Shown: positions 49,569-62,930 of the stretch, piece by piece
Numbering within the stretch: the first letter of the stretch is position 1
Layout of the letters: every line of letters begins with the position of its first letter
NCBI GenBank assembly: GCA_030704615.1
Contig: CM060731.1
Location: 2,294,001-2,358,000 of the forward strand
DNA from: Takakia lepidozioides
Taxonomy: Eukaryota > Plantae > Bryophyta
Direction: 5' to 3'
DNA: 64,000 bases
Position numbers and translations under genes: made by a program
Notes under the pieces: generated by a model
The model's database searches: none
Seen by the model: only the letters and a program-made list of their open reading frames with translations
What the model was told of the DNA's origin: nothing

Positions 49569-50548
49569 TCGTTATTTCAATAGAAACCGACAATTTTTGC
49601 CAAGTGTCAATGGAGTGGGAAAACCAATTGTATCCATGACTCTAAAAACGAGCCATAATTATATATCAAATATTTATCTAAAATACAATGACATGGCATT
49701 TCAAGTCATTTGAATTACTAACTTACGACTACAATTTGACGTGGCATTTGATTGTATATATATATATATATACCTACCTTACATAATTACTTGGAAATTA
49801 TAGTCATATTAATCACTTCACATACAACTCCATAAATGTTGATAAGGCACAATTATATTATATTATGACGTGTACTATTGAGTCATTAGGAAACCACGTT
49901 TGAGAGGTTGTCATCTCCGGTAGAGTACGACTACGCCAAGGAGCATGGTTGGCAATCCCTTATGCCACAAATTACAATCAGTTTTTCACGATGATGGAGC
50001 CAGAAAGAAGACATAACAAAATACATAGGGAAGTATGACTTACAAATCGGAGGATAAAACCCCTCAATCCGCTGGGCCCCACTTGTGTGTGGATTCGTGT
50101 TTCTCAAGGCGGATTGTTGTTGCTTCGTGTGCCCTCTGAAACTTATCCTTGTTTGTCGCATCATTCTCTCCCGCAATGAGCGCATCCCACGATACCTATC
50201 CCCCCCCCCCACAATTAGTGAATTACACACATACGTTGCATCGAATCCACCTCATTAATGCACATGCAACAAATTACTTAGCATACAAGTGAGGGATTTC
50301 GGCTTTTCAGAGTAGCATTGCTTTCGAAACATGGTTTCACATGATTGTCATCGCCGCTTGTGTGATGATTTAATACTAACGTGGCCAACTTTGATACTTA
50401 ATGACTAGTAGTTGTTTTGTGAGTGGTATCTATGACTCAAGTGCCTACAACCACTCGTGACAGTAAAGGTATTTCCAGAATGACAAATGACTCGGAATTT
50501 GGGAAGGGGGGCTGTTAGGCAACTCCAAAAAAATGTGGACATTGATAA

Positions 50549-52260
50549 TTAATCATCATATTCATCTTCAGAATCTTCCTCCTCGGTATTGCTACGCGTA
50601 GCAATGTCTCTAAGACTTATTCTTGCTTCAAGAGTCTCTTCCGCATTAAGGTCAACCGCATCTTGTAGAGATGCTTCTTGTACCACATCTGGAAGAAGAG
50701 TAGGTTCCCTCAAACCTATAAAATCTACATTCTCATCTAGATTCACTTCATTGATTTCAGCCACAACTCGTTTAGCTCGTAGATCTTTATGACGCACTAC
50801 CTTCCATCTCGGCTTGGTGGTTTCATCGGAAAAGAACATTTGCTCTACTTGGGCCGGAAAGATAAAAAGCTCTTGATGCTCTGGTAGCAGCCTTCTGAAA
50901 TTAACATAAATAAACTCATATTCATCTGGCACCATGGTCGCATTGTCTCCCACCATATTGACACTCACCCTTGAGTAACGGAATACAATGGGCTCTAAAA
51001 GACCATAATCCTCCTTGAAAATTTCCTTTATTACTCCAACATATTGCAAAGGAAAGGTAATATGATTACGATCTCGTGTGCTACTTCTACTCTCATGTTG
51101 AAAATTGAGGCGACGCCACTATCGAAACTTACATTGGACGGGAGGCTTCATCATCCAGACGACAATGATTGCCATAGGAACCCCAATCCACAATTGCTTA
51201 AGCTCATCTATCAACGGTTGGAGATAGACATCAATGTTCTCATTGTGAACTGACTCTTGCCTAGAGTGGTAAATTGTAAGTTATCAATTGCACGGACCAT
51301 GTGGACCATTTTCAATTCTTGTTGGAATATGGATTTACTCTATCCAACGATAGGCCCAATCGCACACTACGTGGATCATTTGCAAAGTCCGGCCACGTAC
51401 CGTCAATATGCTTCCATACTCGCGAATCCGGAGCATGTCCTTGATCTATACATTTGTAAGAGCCGGGGTATGAGTGGGAAATGTCGCAACACCTTCATTG
51501 GCACTGTGGTCCTTTCAACCTTTCTTGTATCGAGGTTCATTGCATTTTGGACAGTGAGTGGCCTTTTCTAGCTCACCTCTAAAGAGAATGCAGCCCCCGG
51601 GACATGCATGTATAGAATCATAAGTTAGCCCCAATTTTGCTATCGTGGTATTTGCATGATAGTAAGACTTGGGCAAAGCATTGGGTTGTGGCAATAGATG
51701 CGAACGAAGAAGAGACAAGAGTTCATCTACAAATTTGTTCGTGACCCCGTGAGTTGACCCCGTGAGTTGTACATACATTTACAATGAGCATTGTTGCCAC
51801 AACCTTTGTTGACTTGCACCCAGTGTATAATGGCGCACATGCCTCCTCAAGTGTGATTGGATCGTCATGGCCACCCCCCACATGATTGCCCTCATGGTTC
51901 TTGTTGCTACCATCATCAACTATTCTCACTCCTTTCTGTCCTTCCTCCTCTCCCGTCGTATCCATAACTTGAAAAGTTTCATGTAGCATCCTTTGAACCT
52001 CCACACCAGAATCAATTACTGGTTTAGAATGCTCCATATTATCCGGATCAACACTTGTTATTGGAACATTCATGGGCCCAGGGGTGGTTTGCAATTTTCT
52101 ACCATATGTGTTCCATTCGCCGTCATCAGGATCCCGCGGTCCACTCCCTTTCCATATACGGAATGCCGGATGACGACCATTCTGCAGTAGATGCATTCGA
52201 ACACTTAAAGTGTTTTTCATGTTGCCCCAATGCATCGATTGCAAGGGCATGACAATTGAG
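50549..52260 (-). pseudogene. Internally deleted CACTA transposase (transposase-associated domain, Transposase_21 start, DUF4216-like end)
   Basis: VRMHLLQNG; HGVTNKFVDELLSLL..LPKSYY..IHACPGGCILFRG..CPKCNEPRY; YVGVIKEI..FIFPAQVEQMFF..WKVV. Confidence 0.85.
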
Positions 52261-53925
52261 AAAGCCCATATTTGCGAGCACGTGCTACTTCACGTTGCCA
52301 AAGCCTATCATCACGGACATCCTCTGCAGAGATATCATGATTTCTAGTTGCTACAGTTGGGGTAGGGTTATTCAGACTGACATCAGATTCAACTATACAT
52401 TCATATATGCTTGCTGGACAATTTGCATGTCCCTACCAATGAAACAAATGACTCAGAGTTAGAAAAACTGCTCACATTCCTATTCGGTAGTGATACAAAT
52501 GACTCGTTGAGGCACACAACAAGTAAAGACAATGATTTGTTTACCTAAAATATTGTCGTAGTATTGATATGACTAGATTTATGATTATTATTTTGGGCAC
52601 AGTCGCAGGAATGACTGTAAAAACCATCTACCTATAGTGCCTAACACTATAAGTAGTAGGCATCGAGCATACTGTGCATTCGTGAATAAACTCCACGATG
52701 AGCAAGCTTGCATTGACATAGGGATTGGTTCTTGCCTCGGGTGCTTACTATGATCCGGGAACTTGCCTTACAACGATCTTGGAAATTCACAGCACCATCA
52801 AGAAGATGGAAATTGACATTGCAGGGCAGGATTTAGGGGAGTCAACTCCTAATGTAGAAAGCCCGATAAAACACGATCCAAGCTCTGTATGTACTTCAAG
52901 CGACACAGACTCACTTTCCACCTAAAATGATTCAAACGAACGAAGGGCTCGAGTAGCTCTGGAGGAACGAGAACGCATGATAACAGAGAATCTGGCCATG
53001 CAGGAAACGTTGGGAATGAATAGACTCCAACTTGAACTCAATGAATTGTGAGTTTTTTCAATTCTTTCTTGCTGTTCGCCATCTCCAGTATGCCTCTAAG
53101 TATAGACATTCCTCTTGCGCGAGACGTTCAATATGCTGCAAGTATAGATTTAACATATTGACTTAGTATAAAATACGCAATACGGTTCATGCTAAATCAA
53201 ACCCTAGTAGCAAACCGTAACACAATATTTGTAGTATTATTATGAGTCATTATATTAGTACTTGTTACTACTAATAGTCATAATATGAGTCAAGTTAGGA
53301 GTGTAGTCATCTCTATTTCTATCAGTACTAGTATTAGTCAGATGTATTACTACACATGCATGTACACTACACATCGGGCGTACCGTTCATCACGATCGTG
53401 ACACGTGGCATTTAATTGGAATATGGACGGGTGGATGCGAGGGTGCAGGTTGACTTCTCCTTGCATTGACTTTTCATTTCCTTACTTTGTCTTCTTTTCT
53501 CCTCGCTCACTCTTTCTCTCTGCTCGCTCATTCTTTCTCTTTGTTCCCTCTCTCTCTCCTCACATTGTCTTTGTATGTTTTGGGCACAGGCAGAAGGGCG
53601 ACATTGCACAATCGCGTAGGAAAATTAGTTTTGATCCTAACTTACCTTTGTGAAGGAGTGGGAGGCTCGCGAACAAGGAGGCGGTGCCAATGGCAGACCC
53701 GCGCGGCGACGTGGAGCCGTCACCAGCACAGTCTATCTCGAACACAAGCGATTATGAGAGGGATGAGGCGGAAATGGAGCTAGAGGAGTCAAGTGCGGAT
53801 GCTCCCACAGTTGGTGCCCTGTCAACAAAACCCTCGGCAAAAAACAAAAACTTGCAAGCGATGTGGTGCATCTCTGTCCTTTTAGGGTTGGTATGGTTTC
53901 AAAAATACAATATCTCAAGCTTTTT

Positions 53926-53956
<31 letters not shown>

Positions 53957-56325
53957 AAGTGGCAGTGGGTAGCCAAGATGTTCCGGTCATCCCTTCCCAC
54001 ATATACAGGTCTGGGCACTCCATTAGAGGAGGAATCGCCTTTTTCCACACTGTGGGTACCTCACACTTTGTGTTGTAATCTAAAGTGTGCCAACATAGGA
54101 GCCAGTAATTGGGTATTTGTCACACATTGTGGGCTTAATGTCACACCTTGCTTGAGTCAACGAACAACCGCCCTATAAGATGTAGGATATAGTAGGCGCC
54201 ATGTTAGCCACAACTGTGAGATAAGCCGAACGAGTTGACAAATATCACACTTTGTCATTCCAGCTGGCTGAGTCAGCACCATGACTAGACAACACATGGC
54301 GTGAATAGGTTGGTTGAGGCCACGGTCTTTTGGTTATGTATGCATTTCACCAAATTCGCCTAAGTCCTCATGAACATTGACATGCGGTGCCGAGGAGCTC
54401 GCTCATCGATCGCAGGTTCTATCTCGCATGGCTCAAATCGATCCATGGATTCAAAGGTGAATGATGTGGAAGGTCTTGGGAATGAAGGATCTTATTAAAT
54501 GGGGAGGAAGGTTTTGGTGGGTCAGGGGAAGCCAGACTCCCTGCAATCCCCGCTTCTGAAACATCCGTGTTCCAGATCGTTTCTTGCACTAAGGTGAGGG
54601 GAATATACCAGAATGTTGGTTATGCTACCTCCCATGACACCCCTGTCATGGCGCCTCTCAACCACTCTAGTTCATTCGGGGGTGTAGATGCATATAATGG
54701 TACATTTTTATTTTTATCTCAAGACAAGCAATTTAGACATTGTACTGCCGAAACATGATAGTTTGTTAGTTATTTGGGAATCGTTGGTAAAGCACGTAGG
54801 AACTTAGACTGTGTCTGCGATGATCATGGAGAAGAGCTCTGGTGTCAAGATGACCGTAGGAAGCTGCATCGACAACGGATTAGGTTGCCAATTCGGTACC
54901 AGTAACGACAACGTGCACCTGTTCGAACAGTACAAGACGAATGTTCGAGTCCCGGATTGCGATCTCTCTGTTCTCCCGCATTTCAAGTCCAATAGGAACA
55001 CACGGCGAGGAATTTGGCAATTGGAAGAAACAACATGTACAGCGATGAAATATCGCGACAAAGCAAAATGTTGCATCGGAGCAAACGGCGGATTAGTGGC
55101 TTTACGGAGAAGTTTTCACTCCCCAGCGGTGCAAGGCGTGTAGAAGAAGACTCCGGGAAGATTATGACCCAGTGGTAGGGCCAAAGACCCCCAGGGCCAC
55201 CATTAGTTATTTATTTCCCAAGAAAGAACAACTTTCGATATGGCGAAAAGGCGAAAATCGGCGATTGAATTATCTGGTCATCCCCAATCACCCTGAAACT
55301 TTGCAGGAATCTACGGGGTGTTTAATTATAATTTGTCACCAAGTTTGGTGATTTGTGGAGGAGATTAGTGATGCGCCAAATTATCAAGTCAACGACACTC
55401 ACGGAAGCCGATTATTTGAGTTTTTGCTTCATTGGATGAAAAATCCTAAATTCACCCTAAGGATCTGGATGGATGAAATGACAACTCGTGCCAACTGGTC
55501 ATCCACAAAGATGGATGAAAAACCAGTTTTCATTGGCCTCCAAGAATTTCATCCATTTTGAATTTTAAACTATAGATCCTTAAAGGTTATTAGGTCCAAA
55601 AACAGTATAAAAGAAGAGCAAGGCCCTCCTTGTTCTTCACCTAGTTCCATTGCATAGTTTTCCTCTTGCTTCATGTTTTGTTGTTTTGCTAGAATTGCTT
55701 GAGGAGGCCTAGGTCCTAGGGAGTGGAGCTTGAAGCACCCTAGTATAGAAGAATTGTTAGAGGATTAAGGCAAGGAGCCTACTAGTCCATGTGATTGGCC
55801 TTGAGGCCTTTTGAATTTGATCAAGGAGGTTGTGCAATTTCGTGTGGGAAAAGGGAGACTTGGAGACGAGTAGGAAGGCCGACATGGACCTAGCGACTAG
55901 TACCGCAAAATGACCGCATAGAGTACCATTGCACGAGTTATTAGAGCATCCCAGGCACCTCCCACAGAGTAGGTTGACACTCCACTCACTTGCCATTTAT
56001 GCATTTGCATTGAATTATTTTCCAAGCTATGGCTTGAAGTTGAAATTGGTTGACAGAAAACTAGCCCTCTTGATGAGGTGATTTGCAATCTGAGTTCACT
56101 ATGATTTGTTTTGTTGCTCACATTTGAGTTGGGTAAGCCCCATGATACGAATAGCCACAAAGGCTTGGCACCATAGTAGGTGCAATGAAGCATTAAAGCT
56201 TTGGTTGATTTTTATGATTTCCAAATAAGGAGATATATCTAAGCTCTAAGGGGTATTTACCCGAGCTAGGCTAAATAGTGGGAGGCCAAAGAGGGCCATA
56301 CTAACCCCTTTAGTAAGTCCATTAA

Positions 56326-57350
56326 CCCCTAAACGACGAGCCGACCCGAATCGGGTCGGGCCCGATTTTCATCCATCCGTAGCATGCACGGATGAAGTCT
56401 AATGAACGAGTGGCTTGAACAAAAAATGTAGCGCGGAACGAGCTGCACACGCAGGTCTTTATGGCGCCCCCAACAGAGAAAAACTCCGCCGTCAAGAATT
56501 TTTGAAGTTTGGAAATTGCAGGATTTTTGGGTGAGGGGGGGGGGGGCACGGCAGTTGACCGTCGACGTGGCAGGTGGCAGCGGCCACGCGGGTGGGATTT
56601 TGCGGCGGGGGGCAATGCAGGGGTTGGAGTCGGCTGCTTGTGAGGCCCTCCCCAAAACGCCGACAAACACGGGGACGGCTTGAATGAGCTGGCTCTGGCA
56701 AATAATGGGAAACCTCGACGTGGCCCGGAAAACGTCGACGGATTCAGGCGAAATTCCGGCCACCGATTGCTTGACCTGGAGGAGGCCGGAAATTTCACCA
56801 AATCTCACATCCCAAATGCAATTTAGGGAATTTTTGCGAAATTCTTGGGCAGGCTTGTGTAGTTCTTGGCCTATGAGGGACTGACCGTTGGAATTCCCAA
56901 ATGAAGGAGAATTTGGGGTCCCAACTATACCATTTCCTTTGCAAATTTTCTTTTTGGACCCCATTCCAATCACATACAAAGCACCCCCCCTTTCATTTTG
57001 GCAGATTGGGGTGAAATTTGGTGTGAGGGTTTGGGATTGTGCACTTCATAGGAATATAGCACTTTTTCTCCCAGGAAAATTTGGGATCATGGATAATTTG
57101 CTTGGTCAAACATGAACTTTTGCTTTGTTTTTCTATTTTCAAAAAAATGCACTGTCTTCAAATGTTATAATCTCCCAAACTACAGGGTGGAATCTCCCTA
57201 AATTTGGGGGGCTTGTGCATCTTGTAGGTAGGAAGCAGTTTGTACGGTTCATCCACGTGGATGAACGTTGGTGGGCAGGTAGCCGCTGACGTGTGAGGGT
57301 GGGTCCCGGAATTGTCCAAATATCCAAAAACACCTCTCGTCCTTTAGGGG
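56326..57350 (+). mobile_element. piggyBac-like non-autonomous element (1025 bp)
   Basis: TIRs CCCCTAAACGACGAG and CTCGTCCTTTAGGGG (14/15 match); TTAA on both sides (56322-56325 and 57351-57354). Confidence 0.75.
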
Positions 57351-58919
57351 TTAAAGGACCTGGAACATGTAAAAGAGGGGAAGATTGTTCCCTTGGTTTA
57401 TTGTGTTTTAAGGCTGGTAGGAGGCTGCCCACGGGCCGCCAGGGTCACGGGTAGGCCCGGCTGGTGCGCCGGGAGGTTACGAATTCAACGGACTTACGAA
57501 TTCAACGGACTAATCGTGGGGAGCAGCCGCTGACCCACGCCTATGCGCTGAGAGGCGGGGTGCGCTGACCCTAGGTGTACGTGCAGAAAAGGACGGCCGC
57601 GTGGCCACACGGGCGAGGCAAAAGGCCTCGTGCCAAAAGTTGCGGTTTTAACTGTTGGATAAAGGCCCAAGGCCACGGACCGGCGGTCGCTGCGTTGTCG
57701 GGGCCGCGAGGCTCCGCGCCCCGCCACGTGGCAGAGACGCTCTTATCCCGCGGGCACAACCAGATTAAGGGGGGTTATTCTCAACCTTGTGCTATTGTGA
57801 TTTATGCTGGCCCCTCTAAGCTTTAGAGGGTTGATTCGAGCAATCCAGAGGTAGAAAAATTGAGGTTTTTGGGAAGGAGAGAGCCCTCAGCGAGGCCTAA
57901 ACGGCAATCCAGGGGAGAGGCTGAGAGAGTTTCCAAGCTGGGAGTACTAGATAGAGCAGGCTAGAGACAAGGGGCGCACATAAGTACTCTGTCCGCGTTT
58001 TTCGGCTACAGTGCCACACGTGTCAGAGCCCCGAGGTAGACGACGACCATTTCCCTGGAGGGAAAGGCGCGGGGACTTTTATTTAATATTAGTGGGGGGC
58101 GGAATAGGCTGGCCCCACCTTTTGGGAAAGCCCAGGCTGGCGACAGACGCTTTTTGGAGCGCGGATGAACGGACATCAGATCAGGAGGAGGCGAGCATCA
58201 TTCATCCAAGGGGGTGCGGCAGTTCTCCACCACGGGGAGCAGTTCTCGGGCAGTTCCATTGAGTTCCCAGGGGGTTCCCATGCTCTAATGGGTGTGCCAT
58301 TGGCATCTTTGGATCCCCCTGATGATCCTTTCTTGGGGAGGTATTTTTTCTGAATTTGATATTTTTTATTATTTTCTGCATATTGTGGGTGGCGAAAAAT
58401 CCCTGAGTAAATTAGGACGGATGTGTGAACTTTTTGAATTGTTGGAACTTGAAGTACTTAAGTGATTAAAGAGTGAACTTATTGAACTTGCTAACTTATT
58501 AAATGGGCCTAAGAATGGCCCCTTCTCCCTAAGGCTAAATGGAGCTTTGGGGGGGGGGGGGGGAGAAAGAAATTAGCCCTTCCCTAGGGGTGTCTTCAAC
58601 TCAAGCACCCGAATGAAGGAGGGGCAGTGGGAAGGGATAGGGTTCCCCTCCTCCCTAAATCCGAGAAGGGGTAATGGAATACCCCGGCTATTAGCGTCTC
58701 GGGGATTTAGGCGGTAGGAAGTAGCAATAAACAAGACTTGGAAGGCAGTTACGTTTTAAATCTTAGAAAACCATAAACAAACTGTAGGACTTGGACACGC
58801 AAATCGCCCTGTAGAGGGGAGCATCTGAGCTCCTATTTGCCGGTAGGAAATTAGAAACGATAGTTAGGCTCCCATACATTCCGCGAACCCTGCACTAACC
58901 GCAGCCGGGTAGGCGGTTC

Positions 58920-61900
58920 ATCCTCCATCGATGAGTACATCCGTTACCATCTTCCGTCCAATATGTATTTGTATTACGGGTATTGCTTCGTCGTAGTCTG
59001 GAGTTTGTAGTTGTGGATTTAATCGTGTAAACCTCTTGTGTTGGTTTTTGTTTTGGTGTGGGGGTCAATGCATCGAATGCCCGAAATAAAGTTTTCTTGC
59101 AGTGTAGAGCAATTTTTAATAATTGTCCAATGGTAATTTGGGTCTTGGTCTGGCAGATTACTTCAGCCAATTCTGTTTCCGTGGTTGCATTCGTGGTCTT
59201 CATCGTTGGTCTGATTTGATTATCTGGAGTTGGCTCTCCAGAAGGTATATGGGTTCCTTCTTGCATTTGGGCTATGGCTTTACTTACCTCCCGGTGTAAG
59301 CTCTTTTCTTCCTGCCATGCTGCACTTTCTGGATATTGTTTCCGTTCTTCTTCAATCTCCTTATCTGGAGGTTTCTGTTTCTTGGCCTGAGTTTGGGTTA
59401 CCGCAAGGGTATCCACTACAGGGGTTACCACACTCACAGCTACACTCGGTTTGGCTTCCATATCTCCCACTTCTGCCTCATGCTTGATTCGTAACTGGCA
59501 TTCATGTTTCCAGTGTCCCTCTTTCTTGCAGTAGTGGCATCTCGTGATTTCTTTGTTTTTGGGTGGATGTTCTCTATCCCGTGGTGGATAGTCATCTCGT
59601 GGCCTCTGATAATGATTACCCATATTGTCATCTTGGTCCATCCGATCCTCCCCGTCGGATTTGGACTTGGTGTACCCCCACCTCTCGTGTGTACCCACTC
59701 TTCTTGGCCCGTTGATTGTAAATACAATGGCTGGTATTATGATTGTTCATATGACAAATATCACAGTATTTGTCTTTCGTGTGGCATTCCGTTGCCAAGT
59801 GTCTCGCAGTCCCGCATTTGTGACACCATGTTGCCTTCCGTGGCCCTTCGTCTTTAAAATTCTTGATAGCCTCTGCTATCTTCTGATCCAAAGTGGTTTT
59901 GTCAATCACTTCTTTCTTCTTTTGTTTGGTCTTTTCTTCATCATCAGAGTCTTCTTCTTCCAAGATGAAATCCCAATTCCAATTTCTTTGCAGTTCCTAC
60001 TGCTTCAGCCAAAGTGTTGTTAGGCATGACTGTAGCCATGGTTACGTATTCAGGACGAAGTCCGTTGTTGAACCACGATTTTTGCAAATCATCCCCTGGT
60101 GCTTGAGGTAGCTTCCTAATCAGAGTCTTCATTCTCTCCAGGTAGTCGACTACCAGGTATTTCTTTTTCTGTCTCAGGTTCTGTAATTTTCTGAAGATTT
60201 CAGACGTGGATTTGTTGGATCTATATCATTCTTGAAACGCGGCTCTCATATCCGCCCAATTCGCAAAGTGATTGGCTGGAAAGGTTGCCAACCATTCAAT
60301 GCATTTTCTGGCCATTGAACAAGGAAATAATCGGATCATTTCCTGATCTGTTGCTTCATTGTAAATGTTCTCAAATTGATTAAGATGGATATCCAGATCA
60401 GATTTCCCATCATATAAAGGAAACGATGGTCTAATTTTGCTTGCTGCTAAAGCCATTGGTGCAGCTGGTACAACTGGTTGTCCAAACTGGGATGGTCCCG
60501 CTGCTGCTGGTTGTGGTGGTGTTGGGATTGTCAAGGCTAGTGGTGTTGTTGGTGTTTGTCTTCCAAACAATGATTCAAAACTAGGAGGTCCTTGTCCCAA
60601 TGATAGCCGTCTTCCAGCTGTTGTCCCTACTAAGCTTAATGAATCTTTAAAAGCTTTGAGTTCAGTCCTGGTTATCCTTTCTGGAGAAGTAGTTTCACTT
60701 CTTTCACCTTCTTCACTCAGAATATTCTCAAATCTTTCTTCCAATATTTCAGCAAAGCCTCGATTTGGACTTGTTACTGTAGAAGGTCCTTCAGATCTTT
60801 CTTGTGGTAACCATTCATCAAGTGCATTACTGGCAACTCATTCTGGAGTAGTGTTCTCACTTTCCAACGATCCGATTTCCTGATCTTCTGGTTTATTACC
60901 GTCAATTTGTCTTGATGTCTCACCTTGAATAATATTCCAAGTTTTGTAATTCTGGGAACTCTTTTCTCAACTGAGCTTCCCTTTCTGCAGCATATTTCTC
61001 TATTCTTTCAGCTCTGTCTTGTTTAGATTTGTCTTTAATTTCCTCATTCATTCCCACATCATATACAAAATTCCTTTTCAGTACCCTTTAATCAGTCTTG
61101 GTATATCAGTAAGAAAATTATAGGGTCTCTACCATTTCTCCAAGATTTACCCTATCTTGCCAGAATCCGTATTACGACTTAATTTTCCCTTTACTGATTG
61201 ATCACCAATCTTTCAATGGGCACAATAATACCATTTGTCTTTCTCAGTGTATCTGACTTGTAACAAGTCTTTGGGTATCCAGTACTCCACTGCTTCTATG
61301 ATCATATGACAATATTCATAATTTGAACATCCTTCCCTGAAAATATAACTAGTATAACAAACTTTTCTGATTGGAATTAGAGTAATCAATAAAGCTAGAC
61401 GGGACAACCATTCTTCACTTCTGATTCTACATTCCCAAGGTGCTCATGTAATACTGATCACTCCTCCCTTTAATCCCCATTTGTCATCTTCTTTCGCAAT
61501 TGAAAGAAAGATCTTCTGTTGTATTGCTATTGGTAAGCCATGAATTTTTTTCAGGAATGCTTTCCATTCCTCTACTTCCGTTGACTTGTTCTTTTGTGAT
61601 TTCAAGAAATCACTGAGTAACCATCCTTCCTTGAGTTCACTTGAACTCAACATACCATCAGTCCCCAGTATGGTCGCCAAATGTTAACCGCTGGTTTATG
61701 ACTTAGACAAAACAGGCTATCAACACTACTGCCCATTTCCTAAGACATGCAACAGAGGTTGTCCGACGGTATGCTTTCAGAAACGATTACGAAGTAATCG
61801 TTTTAAGGATAGCTAAACCATGAACGTCGTATGAAGCCATATCCCTACAGGTTGCTTAATCATATTGATTAAGCCCAATCTACAGTCTCTTTGGCATAAC

Positions 61901-62350
61901 AGATCTTAGTCGAAAGGACTGAAGCCTCTTTGTTCATACAAGCAGATGGTAGTCAAGACAAAACAAGAACTATTATGAGATGATACACATTCTCACCATC
62001 TCACGTTCTCTCATAATGCACATTCTCTACATCTCACATTCACTCTACACAAAGATACTTCGAATAGCATGGCTTTACTTCAGAGTTCGTTACATCATCA
62101 CAGAAGTACACACTGAATACACTGATCACTGATACTCATACTCATATTGCTCTCCTTCTAAGTTGCGTGCAGCCTTTTTATACTATGTTCGAAAGAGCCG
62201 TTACAGCCTGCGGTCGTTAATGACCGTTTGCCTAACTGCCTACGCAACCTAAAAGGTTTGCTAAGAAAGTGGCTCGTTGTAATGGTCGTGAGCCATAGTG
62301 GTAAACGGTCCACTACTCCCTCTATTGGTTTTTAAGCCGATGCTAACGTG
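58920..62350 (-). mobile_element. Truncated Ty3/Gypsy element (LTR, PBS, pre-gag domain, gag, protease start)
   Basis: LTR 3' end at 61682; PBS at 61662-61679; gag YDGKSDLDIHLNQF..LFPCSM; knuckles CHKCGTARH, CDICHMNNH and CHYCKKEGHWKHEC; ends at VLIDGG. The outer LTR boundary is approximate. Confidence 0.85.
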
Positions 62351-62644
62351 CCGTGTGATATCGTGGTTCACGGCACGGTCACTTACACTACCCACTACTA
62401 CTCCCATGGTAATGTACCCTTGTTCCGTCATTTGCTAAGTACCGCGTACTTAGCATTTTTTGCCCGTGACCAGGTAGTGTACACCATTCACCACCGGGTA
62501 TGTCCCGTTGTGACCCTCGCTGTCTGGCCCTCGTAGTATAGCCGTTATCACGTCCATTATGATATTTTGAAGGATTTGGATTCTTTGCAACCTGCTATTT
62601 CCTTGCGGTAGTTGTTGGCTATCGCGCCCCAATGTTGATCTTCT

Positions 62645-62930
62645 TTGCAGTTGTCTCTGGTTCGGAGACAATCATCAAACAATGACGTCCATGAAGTGAG
62701 TATATCGACACTCAATCCGGATCCTGGAGCCCTTGTGCTTGATGTGACGATAGATGGTGTTGTCATTACTGGAGAACAGATTGATGGTGGCTCTAGTGTC
62801 AATTTGATGAGCTCAGACACGATGGAAGAGTTAGGACTTGGTGGTTTACAGACCACTCGATTGGTTTTGAGGATGGCCCATCAAAGTCGTGTTAAACCAA
62901 TGGGTGTTTTGACTGCAGTCCCTACTATCA
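62645..62930 (+). pseudogene. Gypsy aspartic protease fragment
   Basis: QIDGGSSVNLM..LRMAHQSRVKPMG. Confidence 0.75.

Noticed and set aside
53684-55143. Host gene exons (MADPRGDVEP...; ORF 54811-55143)
   Set aside because: No recognisable domain and no consistent splice chain could be built.
57477-57510. 17-bp tandem duplication TTACGAATTCAACGGAC and adjacent LTR-like sequence
   Set aside because: The duplication is real, but I found no termini, PBS or TSD to define an element.
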